Of a stretch of 38,399 nt of DNA, positions 34,211-38,399 are shown piece after piece. The notes under the pieces are model-generated. The model was not told the origin of the DNA. It worked only from the letters and a program-made list of their open reading frames with translations, and made no database searches. The position numbers were made by a program, and so were the translations under genes. The first letter of the stretch is position 1. Each line of letters begins with the position of its first letter. This DNA comes from an uncultured Campylobacterales bacterium (lineage in GTDB: Bacteria; Campylobacterota; Campylobacteria; Campylobacterales; JAADDG01): assembly GCA_964590185.1 (NCBI GenBank), contig CAZPVZ010000065.1:1-38399 (forward strand), in the 5' to 3' direction.

Positions 34211-34663
34211 CTAAGGCTTTTGAATCGTTCTTCTATGAACCCTTATCGGTTCCGAAAGATTCAGATTGGAAGAGCTCGATACGACCGTATCGACCAAAAC
34301 CGTCATATGCGAGTTGCTTCCCGTAGTTAAACCGTCGGACAACACTTGAGAACAAGTCGTGGGAGCTTGACTCGAATCGATAATATACCATAAAGATACG
34401 TTAATATCGAACATCGAAGAGGCGGCGGAAGGATAGGTGATGTCTATCCTCTCTACGCAGCTGTTTCTATTATTGTGCCCCAAAATGGCCAAAACAGCAT
34501 ATTCCGTAGCGCTTTGGGCCAAAAGCTCCGCCTGCTCTTTAAGATAAGCGTCACTCGTTTGCTTGGCGCTTGAGGAGGATAAGGATATCATCAAAGCCGA
34601 AAGCGTTGAAACCGTTACCAAAACAACAATTGCCAAAAATAGAGAAAAACCTTTCCTTTTCAA
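34211..34663 (-). CDS. Minor pseudopilin-like protein lacking Glu+5
   Basis: 150 aa. TTG start within a TTGA overlap with the upstream stop. The N-terminus KRKGFSLFLAIVVLVTV is prepilin-like, but Leu replaces the conserved Glu5, as in GspK-type minor pseudopilins. Confidence 0.6.
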   Translation of the reverse strand: MKRKGFSLFLAIVVLVTVSTLSALMISLSSSSAKQTSDAYLKEQAELLAQSATEYAVLAILGHNNRNSCVERIDITYPSAASSMFDINVSLWYIIDSSQAPTTCSQVLSDGLTTGSNSHMTVLVDTVVSSSSNLNLSEPIRVHRRTIQKP

Positions 34664-35571
34664 AATATAGCCCTTTCCTTACAAACCGCAAAATCGAAAC
34701 CGCTTTTGTTATCGTCGTGTATGCAAAGTTTCACCCTCAGAGTCTGCCCTATCTGTTTAAATCTGAAAGAGGAGACGTGCTCGGCTAAAACCGCCGATTT
34801 TCCGTCTTGATAAGTCTCTCCCTCCCAAGGCTGAAAATTGTAATAGAGAGTAAGATTCATATCGTTAACTCCCGTAGAAACCGGAACTATCGCGTAAGCG
34901 CTCCATGAGAGAGCGTATCTTTCATATACGTCTTTGGAAGCCGAAGCCTGAGAAGCGTCGCTGAACAACAAAATATCCTCTCCGTTTCTTTTAACGTTAT
35001 AAGTATAGTTGTGATCCCCGCTGCCGCTCCATCCGAATTGAGATTTATCGGCATGATAAAATCCCTTGAAAATCAAAGCGGGAGTATCCGAAGCGCCGGT
35101 TAAATTAACCTCTCCGTCGGAAAGAGCGTTTATCAATCTATCCGCCACGCTAAGAACGCTTCCCGGAGTTTTCACCTGAGATTTGCTCGTTTGGGAGCTG
35201 TTTATGTCTATAAGAGCGCTCCATCCCGGAACGAAGAAATTTTTCGAAGAGTTAAAATCTCCCTTAAAACCTTCGTTGTCAACCCCTATCCACTCCAAAG
35301 CGGTATAAGTGTTATCCAAAGTCGGATCGTCAAGCGCTTTATAAACTCCGGTCGGCGTAACCGCTATAAGACTGTCTTTTATTCTGTTTTGCAATCTTTT
35401 TACTATTTGATTTAAAACTATCTCCGTCTGACTCTCGAGACGATTTATGGAATAACTTCTCATATAGCCGGTATAAAGATGGGTTATAACGTCGGTTCCT
35501 ATAACCGCCGTTATAGCCATAACGATAATTACTAAAACAAGTTCCAAAAGAGTAAAAGCTCTCTTTACCAT
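34660..35571 (-). CDS. Type IV pilin/pseudopilin-like protein (prepilin-type N-terminal domain)
   Basis: ATG 35571 (MVKRAFTLLELVLVIIVMAI) overlaps the upstream TAA by 1 nt. It has the N-methylation/cleavage motif with Ala at -1 and Glu+5. Confidence 0.7.
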   Translation of the reverse strand: MVKRAFTLLELVLVIIVMAITAVIGTDVITHLYTGYMRSYSINRLESQTEIVLNQIVKRLQNRIKDSLIAVTPTGVYKALDDPTLDNTYTALEWIGVDNEGFKGDFNSSKNFFVPGWSALIDINSSQTSKSQVKTPGSVLSVADRLINALSDGEVNLTGASDTPALIFKGFYHADKSQFGWSGSGDHNYTYNVKRNGEDILLFSDASQASASKDVYERYALSWSAYAIVPVSTGVNDMNLTLYYNFQPWEGETYQDGKSAVLAEHVSSFRFKQIGQTLRVKLCIHDDNKSGFDFAVCKERAIF

Positions 35572-36320
35572 TAAAAAAACGTCCTTTTCAAGATATCGGA
35601 CTCTCCTATGTTGCAAGAGTAGTATCTGAGCACGAAAGGAGAGATTACGCCGGATACTCTTATCTCTATCATTTTAATATTCGAATCCTCTCCGGCGGGT
35701 TTAAAAGTATCGGCAAAATTGAAATTTATGTTTTGCGCGCTGTAATCGGCATTGTCGCTTACGTATCCCACGGTAACGTTAAGATCGAAATTGTCCCTGT
35801 TTAAATAATCAAGATCCGTTCCCTCCTGATTTACCAAAGAGGTGACGGCCTCTCCGTTAAAATCGTCCACGTCGTTGGGATTTGTAAGATTTACTTCCGA
35901 AATGTTCGGATAAGTCGGAGAATCGAACATTCTTCTCCTTCCGTCTCCCACTATCTGCCCCTCCAAACCCCCGTTCGGGAAAAATACCGAAAACCAGTTC
36001 CAAAAAAATATGCAAGCAAGATTCAACGGGAAAGGATAGGAGCTACAAACCGAAGAATCGAACCTCTGAAGCTCGCTATCGGAATTTGAAGTATCGAGTA
36101 TGTAAACCTTTCCCGTAACGGGATCCAAACTGTTTTCGTCCCATCTGTAAGTAGTTATGTTTTGAATTTTCGTCTTAGCCATCAAAACGCTCTCTTGCAT
36201 CGTGGAAAACTCGTCGCTTTTCGAAGAGCTCTCGAGTAAAATCGGAATGCTCATGAAAGCGATGCCTATAACCACTATCGAAACGACCAATTCTATGAAA
36301 GTAAAGCCTTTCCTTACCAT
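35571..36320 (-). CDS. Type IV pilin/pseudopilin-like protein (prepilin-type N-terminal domain)
   Basis: 249 aa with the canonical MVRKGFTFIELVVSIVVIGIAF motif. Its start overlaps the stop of the upstream large gene by 7 nt. Confidence 0.75.
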   Translation of the reverse strand: MVRKGFTFIELVVSIVVIGIAFMSIPILLESSSKSDEFSTMQESVLMAKTKIQNITTYRWDENSLDPVTGKVYILDTSNSDSELQRFDSSVCSSYPFPLNLACIFFWNWFSVFFPNGGLEGQIVGDGRRRMFDSPTYPNISEVNLTNPNDVDDFNGEAVTSLVNQEGTDLDYLNRDNFDLNVTVGYVSDNADYSAQNINFNFADTFKPAGEDSNIKMIEIRVSGVISPFVLRYYSCNIGESDILKRTFF

Positions 36321-38399
36321 GATATCTTCCTATTCTTTTTGATGGAGATTTTCTCGTCAACGGTATGTCCGAGTTTTCCTTTCCCCGCCCACTTCGTATC
36401 GGCGTTTAAAAAAGCCACGTTAAAATCCACGCTCGTAGCAAAAGGATCGGAACTCGAATATACAAGCCACATCGAAGGCGACAAATGAATTTTGTCGTTA
36501 TGAGGAACGCTTGAAACCTTCAAATCCAAACTGTTTATTCTCAAATCGCTAATTACCGTTCCGTGATCCGACGAAGCGGAATTTACCTTCCCGTAAAAAT
36601 AGGAATGAGAAGGATTCTCGTACCAATACAAATCCCCTCTTTTGCATAAAGAACCGTTTGCGAGAGTAAAAACGCTCTTATCGCAATTTTTACAGTAAAT
36701 CTCGTAATAAAACGGAAGATCATCCGCGGTATCTCCCAAAATATTAAGATAATCGGGAGCATGAACCCTCGCATAATAAAACTTCACTTCCTCGTTGTGA
36801 GAAGACTCTCCGTTTATATCTTCGTCGTTGGCTTTGACTTTCGAAAAAGTAAGCTTCAAAGGTTCCCTCTCCTTGTCCGCTTCCCTTTTGAAATTGATCA
36901 TTAAAGTGGTGTTGTTTTCTCCGGCGCTAAAATAGGCTTTCGGGATATCGGCTTTAAAATTTAAACCGGTAACGGGAACCGAAAACGACACGGCCGAAGA
37001 GTCAGAGTGGGAAAGATGATAAGCGTCCTTCCATTTTAAGATATAAGGAGAAGTATCGGCTCCTTCCGCCGAAAAAGTTATCGTTAAGTTGCTGTCCTTG
37101 GCGTAACAGGACGCGTCGTAATTTCTAACCGCGTTTCCGCTATAACTTTTAGCCTTTACGTTCACTTTCAATTTGGCTCCCATCAAATAGGGATCGTCGC
37201 TATAATAAGTATATCCCAAAGCGGGAGTTAGGTTTTCAAAATTCCAATTTACTTCGAAACTATTAGGAATGAAACTCATAGAAGCCGAAGAAGAGGGTAT
37301 CTCTCTCAAAGAAAGAGGAGTGTCGTCGCTATCGACCGAGGCGAATTCGCTTCCTACAATCTCGCTTATATTAAAATCAACCTTTCCTATTTCGTCATAG
37401 AAAGTGTTTTTTAAAAAAACTCCGTTATTAAAAGAAGTTCCGCCCAAAGAGATAACTCCGGTATTGCACCCGGTTTTCTCCTCTTTATAAGTTATCTTAA
37501 AAGAGCCGTCTATGGTTTCGTTATAGTTGTTCAAAGGATTCGAATTAAAATCCTTAGCTACGACTTTAAAATCGAAATTCTCTCCCGCAACTTTAACGGA
37601 AGGCAGTTCGAACTCGTATTTAAAAGGTCTGATCGCAAAATCATCCGTCGAAACCGAGACGCTTCCCAACGCATCCGCCGTACATTCGTAACATCCGAAC
37701 GGATGATCGTAAGGAGGTTCTCCCATTCCGCGTTTATCGGATCTGCAAGGATGGCCGTTATTTCTTATACACCTATCGTAAGCCTCTCTTCCGAAAGCAT
37801 TTAAATATTTTTCGCTATCGTCCACGCAACTGCACATACCTCTTATACCGCTATCGTTATTCTTATCCAAAAAACAAGAACATCTATCCCTTTCGAAAAA
37901 CAGTTTCACAAAATCTATATATTTCATCTTAATCTTAGCTCTTCTTATGGCTCTATCGGGCATTACCGCGGAAGGAATATGAGAAGAGACGCTGTTTTGA
38001 TTGAATACGGAAACCACTACGTTTCCGGAAGCGTCCTTTAAAATATAAGAATAGGAAGGATCGTCCATATCCACGATTCTATACAAAACTTCCAAAGAAG
38101 GCAGATCTACCGCATAAGGATAATAAGGAACCGGAGAAAAAGACTCGTTTAAATAGACCGCATCGAAAGAGTACTCTTTAGAGGCTATTTTCGTTTTCAA
38201 TCCCTTCTCTTTTGCGTATCCCGAACCGAAATCGTCTATAATATCCACGACGTTATTGCCGATTACGACTCCTTCTATAATTCCGGCGGAATGGATGTTG
38301 CTGTTTCCTATCTTATCGACCCACTCTCCCGTCAGCGCGTTTTTGTATCTTGAATGAGCCTGATTTAAAACTCTATGATCTCTATTGCTTAAAAAACCG
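36314..38399 (-). CDS. Large Cys-rich extracellular protein, 5'-truncated by the window edge (possible MshQ/PilY1-like pilus-associated tip/adhesin)
   Basis: The listed 644-aa ORF starts at an internal GTG. The frame stays open to position 38399 (...HSRYKNALTGEWVDKIGNSNIHSAGIIEGVVIGNNVVDIIDDF, LamG/lectin-like). There are 8 Cys within aa 123-189 of the listed ORF, and the remainder is beta-rich. First gene of the pseudopilin operon. Confidence 0.6.
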   Translation of the reverse strand, partial: GFLSNRDHRVLNQAHSRYKNALTGEWVDKIGNSNIHSAGIIEGVVIGNNVVDIIDDFGSGYAKEKGLKTKIASKEYSFDAVYLNESFSPVPYYPYAVDLPSLEVLYRIVDMDDPSYSYILKDASGNVVVSVFNQNSVSSHIPSAVMPDRAIRRAKIKMKYIDFVKLFFERDRCSCFLDKNNDSGIRGMCSCVDDSEKYLNAFGREAYDRCIRNNGHPCRSDKRGMGEPPYDHPFGCYECTADALGSVSVSTDDFAIRPFKYEFELPSVKVAGENFDFKVVAKDFNSNPLNNYNETIDGSFKITYKEEKTGCNTGVISLGGTSFNNGVFLKNTFYDEIGKVDFNISEIVGSEFASVDSDDTPLSLREIPSSSASMSFIPNSFEVNWNFENLTPALGYTYYSDDPYLMGAKLKVNVKAKSYSGNAVRNYDASCYAKDSNLTITFSAEGADTSPYILKWKDAYHLSHSDSSAVSFSVPVTGLNFKADIPKAYFSAGENNTTLMINFKREADKEREPLKLTFSKVKANDEDINGESSHNEEVKFYYARVHAPDYLNILGDTADDLPFYYEIYCKNCDKSVFTLANGSLCKRGDLYWYENPSHSYFYGKVNSASSDHGTVISDLRINSLDLKVSSVPHNDKIHLSPSMWLVYSSSDPFATSVDFNVAFLNADTKWAGKGKLGHTVDEKISIKKNRKISW

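Overview
This is a low-GC bacterial chromosomal window. The gene content (class II DAHP synthase, HemJ, MurJ, Bpt-type transferase) and heavy AGA/ATA/AAA codon use suggest a Campylobacterota- or Aquificota-like, possibly thermophilic, organism; that assignment is inference only.

Layout:
- (1) 1-332: trailer end of a CRISPR array with 36-nt repeats. No cas genes are in the window.
- (2) 486-1316: a canonical sirtuin.
- (3) 1.36-14.7 kb: a Wzx/Wzy/Wzc-type surface-polysaccharide locus. It holds two AsnB-like amidotransferases (one lacking the catalytic Cys), two GT4 glycosyltransferases, a deacetylase-like gene, a flippase, a polymerase-like gene, a BY-kinase co-polymerase and a secreted beta-helix protein.
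- (4) 14.7-24.5 kb: mostly housekeeping genes (hemJ, an OM barrel, murJ with an odd 5' end, a CBS protein, a P-II-like protein, DAHP synthase, bpt), plus a 1146-aa secreted DUF4214/LTD/CotH protein.
- (5) 24.5-29.5 kb: the most interesting region, a co-directional cluster. It encodes an OmpR-type response regulator, a 557-aa secreted Asn/Gln-rich protein with seven 73-77-aa repeats and a 136-aa secreted paralogue with one repeat core. It also encodes a 30-aa TM micro-ORF, a signal-peptide-bearing (periplasmic) C39 cysteine peptidase and a dedicated OM beta-barrel. This parts list parallels the Fap and curli functional-amyloid systems, but I do not recognise the repeat family. Embedded in it is a candidate + strand sRNA with a near-consensus promoter and an intrinsic terminator. 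The sRNA carries a 16-nt match to the start-codon region of the major repeat gene.
- (6) 29.7-33.5 kb: a translationally coupled operon (secreted protein, HDAC-family enzyme, lipoprotein), followed after a 20-nt gap by a lipoprotein lipase/esterase gene.
- (7) 33.5-34.2 kb: an NPPF methyltransferase.
- (8) 34.2-38.4 kb: an overlapping-gene pseudopilin operon headed by a large Cys-rich protein that runs off the window edge.
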